From the NCBI GenBank assembly GCA_964016885.1, contig CAXHJY010000133.1, positions 186,001 to 250,000 of the forward strand: 64,000 nucleotides of DNA. Reading direction: 5' to 3'. Source of the DNA: Eledone cirrhosa. Taxonomy: Eukaryota. Positions within the stretch are counted from its first letter, which is position 1. Every line of letters begins with the position of its first letter. The translations under genes and the position numbers were made by a program. Below the pieces are notes generated by a model. That model saw only the letters and a program-made list of their open reading frames with translations, ran no database searches and was not told where the DNA came from. This document shows positions 39,160 through 53,983 of this stretch, in pieces.

Positions 39160-39725
39160 CCCTTAAGAAGTTATGTTGGTACCACAACATCCAGTCTGAA
39201 ACAAATGAGGTCATGTAGGTGTCACAACAAAAGAAAAAACACACAGTCCATGCTGTAATGTGGCTGTGTAGGTAACACGGTAAAAACCTCCCAGTACACA
39301 CTGTAAACGTGGTTGGTGTTAGGAAGGGCATCCAGCCATAGAAAACCCCCCCAGACAGTCCTATGCCAGCAGGACAACCAATCTTGCCTCAGGTGGGAAA
39401 ACTCCCGTCCAAACCCATGCAAGCGTGCAAGATGGACGTTAAACGATGATGATGATGATGATGATGATGATATATATATATATATATATGTGTGTGTTTG
39501 TGTGTGTGAATGTGAGTGTGTTATATACATGTGTGCATATGTATGTATGGACGTCTGTATATATGTATGTACTTCTGTTTATATGTATGTATGTATATAA
39601 TATACATCATCATCATCACCATCACCATTTAACGTCCATTTTTCTACAGTAGCATGGGTTAGAGGAGTTATCCTGTTGTGAGCAATGCCAAATCAGGTGA
39701 CCATGTCTTGCTCATACAGAACTGA
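39160..39725. mobile_element. SINE A variant (+) and SINE A tail (-)
   Basis: Matches 12330-12628, with (GAT)n/(CAT)n tails. Confidence 0.75.
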
Positions 39726-39793
39726 TTTGTATGTATGTATGTATATATGGATGTATGTACTACTGTACATATATATATGTATATATATGTATG

Positions 39794-39857
<64 letters not shown>

Positions 39858-39874
39858 TATGTTTGTACGTACTA

Positions 39875-39983
<109 letters not shown>

Positions 39984-41169
39984 TATCTATGTATGTACTT
40001 CTGTAGTTATTTATGTATGTACATACATACATAAATATCTATGTATGTATATACTATTGTATATATATATGTATATATACATACTACTGTACATATGTAT
40101 GTATATATATATGTATGAATATATGTATGCTTACAGATGTGTATAATAACCAGGACACAGTATGTCATCTGGTACCACCACCTCCACCATCTCCATCACC
40201 ACTAACACCACCACCGCCACCACCTCCACCACCACCACCACCACCACCTCAACCACTACCACCAGAGCCACTCCAGGTCCTTCAAAGTCCATTTAGGATT
40301 TAATCTTAGTCAAGTGGTCACTTCCTTTGAGAGAAATTCTTCCAGGCAATCACTTCCTCATTTTATCTACCACCACCACCACCACCACCAACACCATTAC
40401 TAATAACACCAACATCATCGCCATCATCGTGACACTACCATCAGCACCACCACCACCATCTTCATTATTAATAACAGCACCATCATCACCACTTATACCA
40501 TCTCAGTTTTTAACTAAATCATGTTGCATTCTGCCACCTCCACCCCACAGACACATGTCATCTGAACATCCAAACCCTAGGTTAGTATTTAGGTCATGAA
40601 GAACATTGTACCACACCACACCACACTGCACTACATTAGACCATACCACATCACACCACACTACACTACATTAGACCATACCACATCACACCACACCACA
40701 CCATACCATACCACATCACACAACACACACTACGCCATTCCACACCCCACTACACCACACCATACCACACTACACTACACTAGACCATACCACATCACAC
40801 TACACCATACCATACCATACCACACTACACCTTTCACCACATCACACTACACCACCTTGCACCACACCATACCATGTCACACGTCACTAAATCAAACTAC
40901 ATCACACAGCCTCATATCATACCACACTCACTACACCACACCATAACACCACACAACACTACACCTCACTAAACCACACTACATAACATATCACCATATC
41001 ACATAACACCACACTACACCAAATAGTTGTTACTAGTTTGGGCACAAGGCCAGCAATTACCCCAGTGCATTACTGGTACTTTATTCTATCGAGCCCATAA
41101 GGAGGAAAGGCAAAGTTAACCCCGGCGGGATTTGAACTCAGACCACACCAAATAATGTAATTATAATTG

Positions 41170-41840
41170 CCCCTCTCTCCTACCCATATATAGACATTGG
41201 TCAACCAGGTACCATGCTGGGAAGTTGAACATAGATTGCACATCCTACCTCTTAGCCATGCCTACAGCTATACCTTCCATCAGGCATCTACCATACTCTG
41301 AAAGCCTTGCTTCCCTGGGCACAGATACATTGAAGCTCCAACGTTTGGTAACTGACTTGGTAAAGACTCACAAAATTATTAACCACCTTGCCAACAACAA
41401 CCCTGAACACCTTTTTGATTTCCATGTGTCTAACACCCGTGGGCATGCCTACAAAGTCAGAAAACAGCACAGCTCTCATGACTTTTGGAAACATTTTTTC
41501 ATGCTCAGATTTGCTGAAGCATGAAACAAACTGCCTGCATGAGTTGTTATATGTCAAGACACTGCATCCTTTAAAACCTCCATGAAACAAACTACCTGCA
41601 TGAGTTGTTATCTGTCAAGACACTGCATCCTTTGAAACTGCCATGCTTCCCAAAATTTGTGAACACTACACTTGATATCCCACCTCCATACACACGCTCG
41701 CATGTATCTGTGTGTATATCATGACTCATAAACTGTTCACTTTCCTGACATTTGTACATTATTCTATGTACTATACATGCACCTTTGATTAGTTGTAATG
41801 CACCTGAGCATTGTACACAATAATTTCATTATTATTATTT
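41170..41840 (+). mobile_element. CR1/L2-group LINE 3' fragment
   Basis: Encodes IPSIRHLPYSESLASLG...DLVKTHKII...NTRGHAYKV...HFF, with an (ATT)n tail. A related fragment lies at 54095-54285. Confidence 0.8.
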
Positions 41841-41954
41841 ATATATACAGGGTGTAGCAAAAAATGTATACATACTTCAACAGCATTCTAATAAATATTG
41901 CCAGTATAAGTAATCAAAGTGTGTATATACTTTTTGGGAACACCCTGTATAAGC

Positions 41955-42165
41955 GATGCGTATAAAGGATGATAGCAACATAAAAAGGTGCAGAGCACTG
42001 AAAGTTGATGGAAGCTATGGAGTGGGAAGACCCAGGAAGACTTGGCCTGAAGTGATAAAAACTGACTTTGCTCACTTGCACCTCTCAAAGGTGATAATAC
42101 AGGACCGAGATCTCTGGCGTTATGCAGTAATACAGAAGACCTACATTCCCATAAGCACAGGCTGA
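41955..42165 (+). mobile_element. RTE LINE 3' fragment
   Basis: Encodes MRIKDDSNIKRCRALKVDGSYGVGRPRKTW...DRDLWRY; same family as 11945. Confidence 0.8.
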
Positions 42166-42249
42166 AGTACACATCTAGTGTGTTCCACCCCATCCCCCTT
42201 CCACATACCTCCCACATCCTAAAACGCCACCCTTCACACACACACCCAA

Positions 42250-42700
42250 ATATCCAGTCCACACTGTAAAGTGGTCGTGTAGGTGTCACGACAAAAAGCA
42301 TCCAGTCCACACTGTAAAGTGGTCGTTTAGGAGTCATGACAAAAAGCACCCAGTCCACACTGTAGAGTGGTCATGTAGGTGTCACAACAAAAAGCACCTA
42401 GTCCACACTGTAAAATGGTTGTGTAGGTGTGTCACAACAAAAAGCACCTAGTCCACACTGTAGAGTGGTCATGTAGGTGTCACAACAAAAAGTACCTAGT
42501 CCACACTGTAAAGTGGTCGTGCAGGTGTCACAACAAAAAGCACCCAGCGCACACTGTAAATGAGGTTGGCATTAGGAAGGGCATCCAGCTATAGAAACCA
42601 AGTCAAAATCAGGTCTGTATACGCAAGACATGGTCACCTGACTTTGGCATTTCTCACATGACAACTCATCTAACCCATGCTAGCGTAGAAAAATGGTCGG
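42250..42700 (+). repeat. SINE A copy with about 7 tandem 48-bp modules
   Basis: AAAAGCACCTAGTCCACACTGTAAAGTGGTCGTGTAGGTGTCACAAC repeated, then the SINE tail. Confidence 0.85.
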
Positions 42701-43846
42701 ACACACACATACAGGGGTACATATACATACATGTATGTGTATACATGGACACATGAAAATAGAGGTACATATACATACATGTATGTGTACACATTGAGAC
42801 ACACATACAGGGGTACATATACACACATGTATGTGTACACGTTGACACACACACACAAGCATATAGAAGTACATATACATACATGTATGTGTGCACATTA
42901 ACACACACACAGACAGGCATATAGAAGTACATATATATATATATATGTGTGTGTATATAAGGACACACACACACATACACACACACATATATATATATAG
43001 AGAGAGAGAGGCATATATACATATAGACATCTTCTTCATACTCAGATGCACATATGCATACATATACACTTGCACCTTCATGCACACCTACATACACACA
43101 TGTACAGGGGCACATATGTATACATGCACTGCCCCCTCTGTGCACCCCCACCCCCACACACGGAGGCAGTGTATACACCCACGTGTACACATGTAACCCT
43201 CCTCACCTCACCCCACCCCTCACCTCCCTAAATGTGACAAACGTGCTGCTACTATGACAACGGAGAAATGTTAGAAAGTTTTTAATGGATTGGTTTGTAC
43301 CACACCCCTGCCATACACCCCCCCCAACCACCACCACATACACTACCACTAACCACCACAGCCATTACTACCATCAACACCAACACAAATACCATCACCA
43401 TCAACACCTCCACCATCACCACTACTAACAACAACACCACCGCCACCACATATACTACCACCTACACTACCACCAACCACCACAGCCATTACTACCATCA
43501 ACACCAACACAAATACCATCACCATCAACACCTCCACCATCACCACTACTAACAACAACACCACCACCACCACCACCACATATACTACAACCTACACTAC
43601 CACCAACCACCACAGCCATTACTACCATCAACACCAACACAAATACCATCACCATCAACACCTCCACCATCACCACTACTAACAACAACAACACCAACAA
43701 CACCACCACCACCGCCGCCAACATCACAAACAGCATCAACACTACCACTTACACTAGCACCACCACTACTACTATGCAACTGCTATGTGGTCATTGGACC
43801 CGCTAGAAATGGCAGCTAAACCTCTCGAAAATCACACTCCATCAGC

Positions 43847-44679
43847 TTAACCCTTTAGCATTTACATTACTCTACTATTATATTTTCATGGTAAAGGCTT
43901 TATCTCACATAATATGGAATCTATGAGAGGATTGGCAGTATCAGTGGAGGGTCGGACGCCATGCTTAGCAGCATAGAGTTACGGCCCTGTACAGTCTGAG
44001 TTCAAATCCCGCCAAGGTTTACTTTGCCTTTCATCCTTACAGGGTCGATAAAATAAAGTACCAGTAATACACTAGATAAATGCTGCCCTTGTGCCAAATG
44101 TAGAAACAATTATATATATACAGATATATATATGTCACTATGTGTGGCCAGTTATGGCCAGTTTGAACAGAAAGATGACAGAATTCTGGCCAGATACGTC
44201 CGGTTTAAATGCTAAAGGGTTAATGTCAGTATGTGTGGCCGGTTACAGCCAGTTTGAACAGAAAGATGAGAGAATTCTGGCCAGATACGTCCAGTTTAAA
44301 TGCTAAAGGGTTAATGTCAGTATGTGTGGCTGGTTACAGCCAGTTTGAACAGAAAGATGAGAGAATTTTGGCCAGATACGTCCAGTTTAAATGCTAAAGG
44401 GTTAATGTCAGTATGTATGGCCAGTTATGGCCAGTTTGAACAGAAAGATGAGAGAATTCTGGCCAGATACGTCCGGTTTAAATGCTAAAGGGTTAATGTC
44501 AGTATGTGTGGCCAGTTATGGCCAGTTTGAACAGAAAGATGAGAGAATTCTGGCCAGATATGTCCGGTTTAAATGCTAAAGGGTTAATGTCAGTATGTGT
44601 GGCCGGTTACAGCCAGTTTGAACAGAAAGAGGTGAAAGAATTCTGGCCAGTTACGTCCGGTTTAAATACTAAAGGGTTA
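43847..44679. mobile_element. piggyBac-type MITE with a nested SINE B (43928-44112) and six tandem 91-bp copies of its right end
   Basis: Left end TTAACCCTTTAGCATTT. The unit ending AAATGCTAAAGGGTTAA starts at 44222, 44313, 44404, 44495 and 44586. Confidence 0.85.
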
Positions 44680-45210
44680 AAGTAAATGGGACACATTGAA
44701 AAATGTACTCCATGGTACCCTATGTCTCATAAACAATAAAAAAATATAAACACAAACAAATCAACGATATAAACATGGCCTATGTGGTAGAAATGACAGC
44801 TAAATCACTCTAAAATCAAACTCCACCATGGCATGTGTTATCAGGGTTCACCAAGGGCTAAACAACCACAATAACAACAAAACACACACATGTATGTAAA
44901 AATATGTAGGTTCCTGTGTTCGGTTGCAAGGAGGAGGCTTAACCACAGATAAAAAAGGTACTCAATACGTTGGTAGAGTATAGACATTTCTGATGATTTC
45001 ACACGAATGAAACAGTTCTAGTCCTGTAAGTGTCATTTCTATATATAAGATATATATATATATATATATAAACATTACCAGAACACAGATTAAAACACAC
45101 ACACACACACACACATATTCAGGGTGTCCTAAAAAATGTATACACATATTTATTACAATGCTTTTGAAGTATGTATACATACATTTTTTGGGACACCCTG
45201 TATATATATA

Positions 45211-45306
<96 letters not shown>

Positions 45307-45376
45307 CTTCCACAACCAGACACACACATACACATATATATGTGTGTGTGTGTGTGTGCGTCTATATATATATATA

Positions 45377-45424
<48 letters not shown>

Positions 45425-45680
45425 CATCCACAATCACACACAAACAAACACACAAACAAACAAACACACACACATACATGTGTGTGTGTGTGTGTATTTA
45501 AAACATTCACAAGCAGACACACATAGACACACACTGATGTTTAAAACATTATCTCAAATGTACTACCAATCAACCATGTGAGAGAACAGTGTGAGTGTAT
45601 ATATATATATACACACACATGTATTTATATAAATATATATATATATATATACATAAATACATACACACATAAATATATAT

Positions 45681-45711
<31 letters not shown>

Positions 45712-46359
45712 CATAAACACACATATCATCATCATCATTCATCATCATCGTTTAATGTCCATCTTCCACGCTTGCATGGGTTTATATATATGTACATAAA
45801 CACATACACACACGCACATATATATATATATACATAAACACATGCACACATATATATATATACATACACACACACACATATATACATATGATGATGATGA
45901 TGATGATATATATATATACATATGCACACACACATATATATATATATACACACACACATATACAACTCGATATCTCTTATCCATTGACATATGGATATCA
46001 CATGATGTCTCCCACCACACATATACACACACACACAGATATAGGCACACACACAGATATAGACATACACACACACATATATAGACATACACACACACAC
46101 ATATATACACATGGTTAGCACGTGATGGTTCCCAGCTTACACATATACACCAGTACATAGATATACACACACACACATATATACCTGTATAGACACACTG
46201 ACATGCATAGATGCATACATGTACACACACATACACATACCATCACCATCATCGTTTAATGTCCATTTTCAATGCTAGCATGGGTTAGACTATATATATA
46301 AACCCATGCTATCGTGGAAGATAGACGTTAAACGATGATGATGATGATGATATATATAT

Positions 46360-46702
46360 AACGAAGGAAGTGTGGTAGGGAAACAGGTGGACCATAACGC
46401 ACCAGAGTACTCGATACTTAGGGTAGTAGAGTGAGTAATAGGAAAAGAGTCAGGACCCCGACGGCTGAGCTTCGGCTGTTTCGACAGCTAGATCTGAACG
46501 CATAGTGGGTATAATTCAAGTAAGAAACTGGAGCTTGGTAATAGTGTCAGGATATGAGTGTGGTATGGGTCGAAAAGTGCTCCACTCTGCAAGTAGGGGC
46601 TAAAGAACGAAGGAAGTGTGGTAGGGAACTAGGTGGACCATAACGCGTCAGATCTAGCTGTCAAAACAGCCGCAGCTCAGCCGTCGGGGTCCTGACTCTT
46701 TT

Positions 46703-46710
<8 letters not shown>
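46360..46710. mobile_element. Rearranged fold-back mini-element, 26538 family
   Basis: AACGAAGGAAGTGTGGTAGGGAA..AGGTGGACCATAACGC occurs twice. AGGAAAAGAGTCAGGACCCCGACGGCTGAG and its reverse complement are both present. Confidence 0.7.
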
Positions 46711-46744
<34 letters not shown>

Positions 46745-46865
46745 TAAATTTGAAGACTAAAATCCAAAGAGGGGTCAATAAGTTTCAGAAGATCCCGTTA
46801 AGGGTGAAAGCAGCGATTCTTTGCTTAAACTTTAATCTGTTATTTTAATAAATATATATATATAT

Positions 46866-49060
46866 GCAGAAGTAATAGGCAGAGCCTGCAAGCAAGCCAC
46901 AGACATTTACATCAATATACCCCTTCCTGATGACCTTAAATTAAGACCCATAATAGCAGGTGCCACATGTGAAACCCACCGCCTAAGCAACTTCCTAGAT
47001 ATTCTGCTTAAACCTTTCCTAAAACACATAAAAAGCTTCATAAGGGACGACCTTGACATGCTCAACCACCTCCCAACAACACTTAATAATGAACATTCCC
47101 TACTAGTAACCTTTGATGTCATCAATCTATATTCAAATATCCCACACAACCTAGGTATAGAGGCAATACAATTCTGGATGGAAAATTTCCCTAGTGAACT
47201 TCCACAGCGCACCCCTAAAGAATGTGTGTTGGAGGGACTCAAATTCATCTTGGAAAACAACTTCTTCGAATGCGATGCCAAATACTAGAGACAGAAATCT
47301 GGGACTGCCATGGGCACGAAAGTAGCCCCCTCATACGCCAACCTTGTCATGGGATATTTGGAAACCATTCTCTACCGCAAAGTCCTAGACAAATATGGTA
47401 ACCACTTCTACCAACACATAGAAAAAAACTGGAAGAGATATCTGGACGACTGCTTCATCCTCTGGCATGAAAGTATAGAAAGACTGATTGAGTTTAAAAC
47501 CCTTCTAAATGGACTCAACACAAACTTACAATTCACAATGGATTACGGCCATGAACAACTCCCTTTCCTCGACATCCTCATGAAGAAAACAAAATAGAAA
47601 CAGACATATACTACAAACCCACAGACTCCAAACAATATCTTCCATTTAACTCGTGCCACCCTCACCATACCAAAATGGCAATTCCTTATAACCTATCCAG
47701 AAGGATTTGCCCAATAGTTTCAGATAAATACACATGCTACACACGACTAGAAGAATTAAAGAACACACTTATCAGCAGAAACTACCCATCATCCCTAATC
47801 AACAATGGATTCCAACATGCCCTAAAACTCAACATCCAGGAACTCAGACCCCCCAAACCCAGGAATGAACAGCAACAGAAAACTCTACCATTCATCCCCC
47901 CCCCCTCAACAATGAGGCATTCGACACTATCCTTCAGAACATTCCTTTATTAAAAAGAGACCCAAGAATGAACAAAATCCTCCAAACACACATCATAAAG
48001 AGCAAAAGACAACCTAAATCCATAAAAAACATCCTCACACAAGCCAAAATCTAACCAACCCTCACAATGAACCCTACAGTAAAAAAATGCAGAAGGCCCA
48101 ACTGTGGTATATGCATAAATCTAATAGAAGGTTCAACATTCCACATTAAACAAGGACAACATTTCACAATTAAATACAACTTTACATGTGCATCTGAAAA
48201 CCTAATACATGTTTTGACCTGCTCAGGTAGTCGAGAGCACTTCATAGGACAGACAAAAAACAGCCTCCGACAACATATGACCGTCCATAGATTACAAATC
48301 AAAATACAGGAATACAGAAAGATTGCTTTTAGTGAACATATCGCCAATTGTACACCTAACCAACAACCAAACTTTAAAATTTTCCCCATTTACAAATTCA
48401 TAGACAACACTTCTTTCATCCATCATACCAATAAAGAAACATACTTCATTAACAAATTCCAGCCTCTACTTAATGGACTAAACTTCAGACTAAACTAAAA
48501 CTGGAACGAACAATGAACCAAAGCCCGATCCCTATGTTCTCTAAAGAGTTACCTCCCTCACACCCTACCTAATCCTTTTTTTTATATAAATAAATTACCC
48601 CCTCTCATTTTTCTCTCCCCTACCTGACCACCCTGAATTACCTCCCCCTGCATATTAACTGTCTAAAAAGGGAAATCATATCAAACCCCAAACTACCATT
48701 TGCCTCCATTATGGACCAACCAAGCGCTCTTGCCATAATAACAGATTTTGGACTGTTTATCCTCAAGAACTATGCCTGTAAATAATATTATTCTTTCTTT
48801 TCCATTATCTTATCATGTTCCACATCACCCCTTTTTTTTCTTTTTACTTCAAAAACCTTGTTTGTAAATAATATTATTCTTTCTTTCCCATTTCCTTAAC
48901 ATGTTCAACATCACATTATTTTCTCTCCAACATTTTAAAACAATACAAATTCCCCCCTTTGGTAATGCATAAAATGCTGAAACCGGTAATAGACAATTAT
49001 TAAATATATAAATAAATAAATAAATAAATAAATGCCATTGTTAATTAATAAATAAATTAA
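46866..49060 (+). mobile_element. Degenerate Penelope-like element: RT, GIY-YIG endonuclease and 3' terminal region
   Basis: RT motifs LRPII, TFDVINLYSNIP, GTAMGTKVAPSYANL, RYLDD and LPFLDI. KCRRPNCGIC...CASENLIHVLTC...FIGQT...H is a GIY-YIG-like domain with a Cys linker. Several stops and frameshifts. Decayed hammerhead signature ...TGCATAAAATGCT-GAAA-CCGGTA at about 48955-48990. Confidence 0.88.
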
Positions 49061-49187
49061 CTCATACCTTTACACTTCACACAAAGTAAAATATTTTGTT
49101 TTAAACATTTTCTAACCCAGAAAAAAGAGAAAAAGTAAAAGGAAAAAAAAAAAATTTTTCTTCCAATAATCGTCTTTTTCTCCCTAT

Positions 49188-49220
<33 letters not shown>

Positions 49221-49224
<4 letters not shown>

Positions 49225-49568
49225 GATAAATCTACCAAGAGTTTACGGTAGTGTCCAATCCGTATGAAGAACTCAATGTAATCCGGATATCATGGAAAGA
49301 AGAGATGCAATGAAAAATCACTTTCGGTGAAAGATAAACGGAATACAGAGTCAAGATAAAATATTAAAAAAATAATGAATAAAACAATGAAACAGTTCCT
49401 TATATTAAACAAAAAAAGTTCATTATTTAACGATCGTTTCTGGGATATATATGTGTTAGAATTGGCATGTATATTTAACAGATCTATGTACAAAATTATA
49501 CAAAATTATACAAACTATCAAAATTAAATATACATACCAACTCATATATATGCCGTCTTCAGAATTTT
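49221..49568 (-). mobile_element. 350-bp element with an extended-helix-II hammerhead, copy 1
   Basis: Nearly identical to 63651-64000 and flanked by (TA)n. A partial copy lies at about 24880-24955. Confidence 0.8.
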
Positions 49569-49586
49569 ATATATATATATATATAT

Positions 49587-49745
49587 ACGAAACCTCATCG
49601 TTCTTCTGACTGGGTTTTTATTTTGTGTCTCTCCTTTGTTCTGTCCTACACAAGATGATGTAGGACAGAACAAAGGAGAGACACAAAATAAAAACCCAGT
49701 CACTGAGGAGGTCACAGAATGTGTGACGATAGAGCTTTGATAATA
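49587..49745. mobile_element. Perfect 44-bp fold-back followed by a hammerhead-like motif
   Basis: Arms 49607-49650 and 49659-49702, then CTGAGGA-G-GTCACA-GAATG-TGTGAC-GATA (GAAA changed to GATA). Confidence 0.6.
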
Positions 49746-49894
49746 TATAAATCACCATCCGATTATCCAACCAACCAACCAACCAACCGGAAATTTATAA
49801 TAAATTGAAGTGAAAACCAACAGGTGCGTGTGTTTTTATTGGCAGCATGACCCTCCCAAAGTATAACAATATACATATTTTTTATGCCCCACCG

Positions 49895-50330
49895 CCTCCC
49901 ACTGCAAAGTGGTTGTGAAGGTGTCTCGACAAAAAATCACCCAGCCCACACTGTAAAGTGGTCGTGTAGGGACCACAGTAAAAAAGCACCCAGTACTCAC
50001 TGTAAATGTGGTTGGTGTTGGGAAGGGCATCCAGCTGTAGAAATCAAGCCAAAATCAATTCCCGTATGAGCAAGACTAGGTCACCCAACCTGGCATTGCC
50101 CACAACAGGACAATCCGTCTAACCCATACTAGCATGGAAGAATGGACATAAAGCGGTGATGGTGATGATGATGATGATATATTACTGTAAATGTGATTGG
50201 TGTTTGGAAGGGCATCCAGCTAACCCATACTAGCATGGAAGAATGGACATAAAGCGGTGATGGTGATGATGATGATGATATATTACTGTAAATGTGGTTG
50301 GTGTTAGGAAGGGCATCCAGCTGTAAAAAC
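49895..50330 (+). mobile_element. SINE A body and tail with partial tandem duplications
   Basis: GGTTGGTGTTGGGAAGGGCATCCAGC occurs three times, with (GAT)n tails. Confidence 0.8.
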
Positions 50331-50494
50331 CCTGGCCAAATTCAAAGTCTGGTCAGAGCAAGGTACAGCATGGCCAATTCTGGACAGACATGTCTCTCGA
50401 TGTGAATGACCTGTCTAAACCATGCAAACAAGGAAAACAGTGATGATGATATATAGATATATATATTCCATACACAGACTACAAAACAAACAGC

Positions 50495-50740
50495 ATTGTC
50501 AGGCGTCAAGTCAACAAATATGTTGTCAGACAGGAACCAGTCCTTGTGATGGTAAAAAGACAGAAATTCTCCTCGGATGATTATGTATCCTGTCATAATT
50601 CCCTCTTTAAAACCATCCTACAAGTCACAGCTGAAGGTGGGTAGATGAAAAAGGGGCATACAAAGAAAATCCTGGTTAGTCAATATCAAAGACTGGACAG
50701 GTCACAACACCATGACACTTCGACCCAGTACTAAGGATAG
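50495..50740 (+). mobile_element. Degenerate RTE LINE 3' fragment
   Basis: Encodes VRRQVNKYVVRQEPVLVMVKRQK...HNSLFKTILQ, then RKSWLVNIKDWTG after a frameshift. Confidence 0.7.
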
Positions 50741-50749
50741 GCCTCTTCT

Positions 50750-51503
50750 TGTCTTGTTGCAGCTCACACCTATGCAGGTTTAGATGGCCTCCTCCAAGGT
50801 ATATCTCGTTGGAGGTGTCTTGGGTGATTTAATGATAGGGACCCCAGTCCTATCATCTCATTCATTTCTACAGCTGAGTAAACTGGAGCAACGTGAAATA
50901 AAGTGTCTTGCGCAAAGAAACAAGACATCACCCGGTCCAAGAATTGTACTTACAACCTTTTGATTGCAAGCCCAATGCTATAACCACTAAGCCATGCGCC
51001 TTCACTAAGGATAGGGCCCAGTAATGATGACTGATGACTGAGGAAACATCTAGAGTGGAGCTCTGATGGTGATGGTAACAATAGTTTCTAGATTTGGCGC
51101 AAGGCCAGTAATTTGAAAGGAAGGGGAAAAGTCAATTAAATCAACACCAGCGCATGACTGGTACTTTATTTTATCGACCATGAAAGGATGAAAAATAAAG
51201 CTAACCTTGGCAAGTTTTGAACTCAGAACGTAAAGGGCCGTAACAATATGCCACAAAGCATGCTGTCCGATGCTTTACCGATACTGCCAATCTACCGCCC
51301 TGGTGATGATAATAATTGTTTCTACTTTTGGCACAAGGCCAGCAATTACCCAGTGCATTACTGGTACTTTATTTTATCGACCCCGTAAGATTGAAAGGCA
51401 AAGTTAAGCTCGGCGGGATTTGAACTCAGAATGGCAAGGGCCGTAACTCTATGCATCAAAGCATGGTGTCCGACCCTCTACCGATACTGCCAATCTACTG
51501 CCC
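50750..51503 (-). mobile_element. SINE A-type copy carrying the 102-bp module, followed by two SINE B copies
   Basis: 50750-51003 has a tRNA/CORE head. 51078-51301 and 51310-51503 match family B. Confidence 0.8.
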
Positions 51504-51694
51504 CTTGGTGATGGTAATAATAATATATATGAAGCACTAAAACCACAAGGACCTCCAGTGGTCAACTAATGAGAATGGTCTGTCCTGTGTTATGGCTATT
51601 TTTCTGTAGCCTTTGCCCACCTTTTTTTAATTCATTTTGTATGATGTTAGCCAAACGAGACACTTATTCAAATTAATATATATATAAATATATG

Positions 51695-51916
51695 TGTTAG
51701 GTAATTCCGAAGTAAAAGCAAAGGAAAAAAGAGTGCTCTATGTATAGAACAGAGCTATTTAATTAGAAAGTGAACAACACAATATATAACTACTCCATTA
51801 CCAAAGGTTCCAGAGATGTTAACATCTCTGTCTGATGAACGATCTAGATATATATTAATATTGTCTAAGGTCCTGAAACCTTTGGTAATGGAGTAGTTAT
51901 ATTTTGTGTTGTTCAC

Positions 51917-51925
<9 letters not shown>
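51695..51925. mobile_element. Fold-back mini-element, GAAACCTTTGG family
   Basis: Arms ATTAGAAAGTGAACAACAC...CCATTACCAAAGGTT and their complement, with internal CTGATGA...GAAACCTTTGGTA. Confidence 0.65.
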
Positions 51926-51951
<26 letters not shown>

Positions 51952-51954
<3 letters not shown>

Positions 51955-52258
51955 TGATCATCATTTTACGTCCACTTTTCCCTCCTTGCAAGGGTGGGAC
52001 GGGAACTGATTCTGGCTTGATTTCTACAGCTGGATGCCCTTCCTAACACCAACCTCATTTACAGTGAGTGCTGGGTGCTTTTTTGCCGTGGCACTTCCAC
52101 GACTACTTTGCAGTGGAATGATAGGGACCCCAGTCCCTATCATCTCATTTCTACAGCTGAGTAAACTGGAGCAATGTGAAATAAAGTGTCTTGCTCAAGG
52201 AAACAACACATCACCCGGTCCGAGAATTGAACTCACAACCTTTCGATTGCAAGGCCAA
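51952..52258 (-). mobile_element. SINE family A
   Basis: Matches 13715-14050. Confidence 0.85.
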
Positions 52259-52853
52259 TATATATATATATATATATATCCCGGTTTTTTTCATAAAAAC
52301 TGTGATAATTATTGCTATTTTGCTGAACTCCTTTGTAGAGTTTTTTTTCAGAATGTATTTGACTGCTATTTCTTGTAAATAAACATTCACTTCCATCCTG
52401 ACGTCACTAGCCCCGTTTTTTCCTCATGTGCTTTTTCATAAATACACATGAAGGCGAACTAGCCAGTTTTAGAATTCCCTTTTTTCGGATTATACTACTG
52501 TGAGAGCCCTGGTTTCTGTTGAGCTCTGCTGATGAATGAAATCCAACCGTGACCATCTCCACTGAAAGTTTTCATGAAATAGTCTTTTAAGACTATACAG
52601 AGCATTTGATGTTATTCCAAATTGAAGGATAAGTGTTTCAAACTTTATTTTATCATGAGTTAAAGGTCTATAGATTTTTCCCTGGATTTTACTAAATTCT
52701 GTGGATGAATTTATATCCTGATTCTCTTTTGAGATGAGTTTGAGTTATTTTTCCTAAATCTTTCGTTAACTACTTTTCCCATCTTGACGTTATAGTCGCA
52801 TATATGTTATAGAATGCCGTTAGCTTCTTGCTAAAACAATCTCTATACCTCTC

Positions 52854-52890
<37 letters not shown>

Positions 52891-52964
52891 TCATATATAT
52901 ATTATATATATATATATATACATATATATATGTGTATATATATATGTATATATATATGTATATA

Positions 52965-53425
<461 letters not shown>

Positions 53426-53639
53426 TATATAACTGCTCAATGTAACAACTGATGTTGTTACATTGAGCTATTTATCTTACTGGTAATAAGGTAGTAATAA
53501 ATTACTGTCTTTCACTGTTTAGGGTTTAAAATATATATAACTATAAAAAGTTTTAGTATATACATAACCATAAATAGTATCCTTAATACTATATATATAT
53601 ATATATAAATGAATAAATAAATAACCAAGGACCAATACA

Positions 53640-53983
53640 TTAACCCTCTACCATTTATAGCAATCTATATTAACTATTATATTTCATGGTAAATGTAAGA
53701 GAAAGGCAGATCTTAGATGAACTGAGGAAGAAACTGGGCTTAAGAGGAATCCGAAGTGTTGGTATGGACATGTGATGTTCATGGATAATGTTCACTGGAT
53801 GAAAAAATGCCAGGAAATGCCACATAATATCTCACATGATATCAAATCTATGAAATTTTGATGTTATTTATTTTGAGAACAATACCTTAACATCAGTATG
53901 AGTGGCCAGTTACAGCTGGTTTGAACAGTAAGAGGTGAGAGAATTCTTGCTGGATAAGGCTGATTTAAATGCTAAAGGGTTAA
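53640..53983. mobile_element. piggyBac-type MITE with a nested RTE fragment (about 53693-53815)
   Basis: TTAACCCTCTACCATTT...AAATGCTAAAGGGTTAA, with internal ELRKKLGLRGI.../WYGHVM. Confidence 0.7.
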
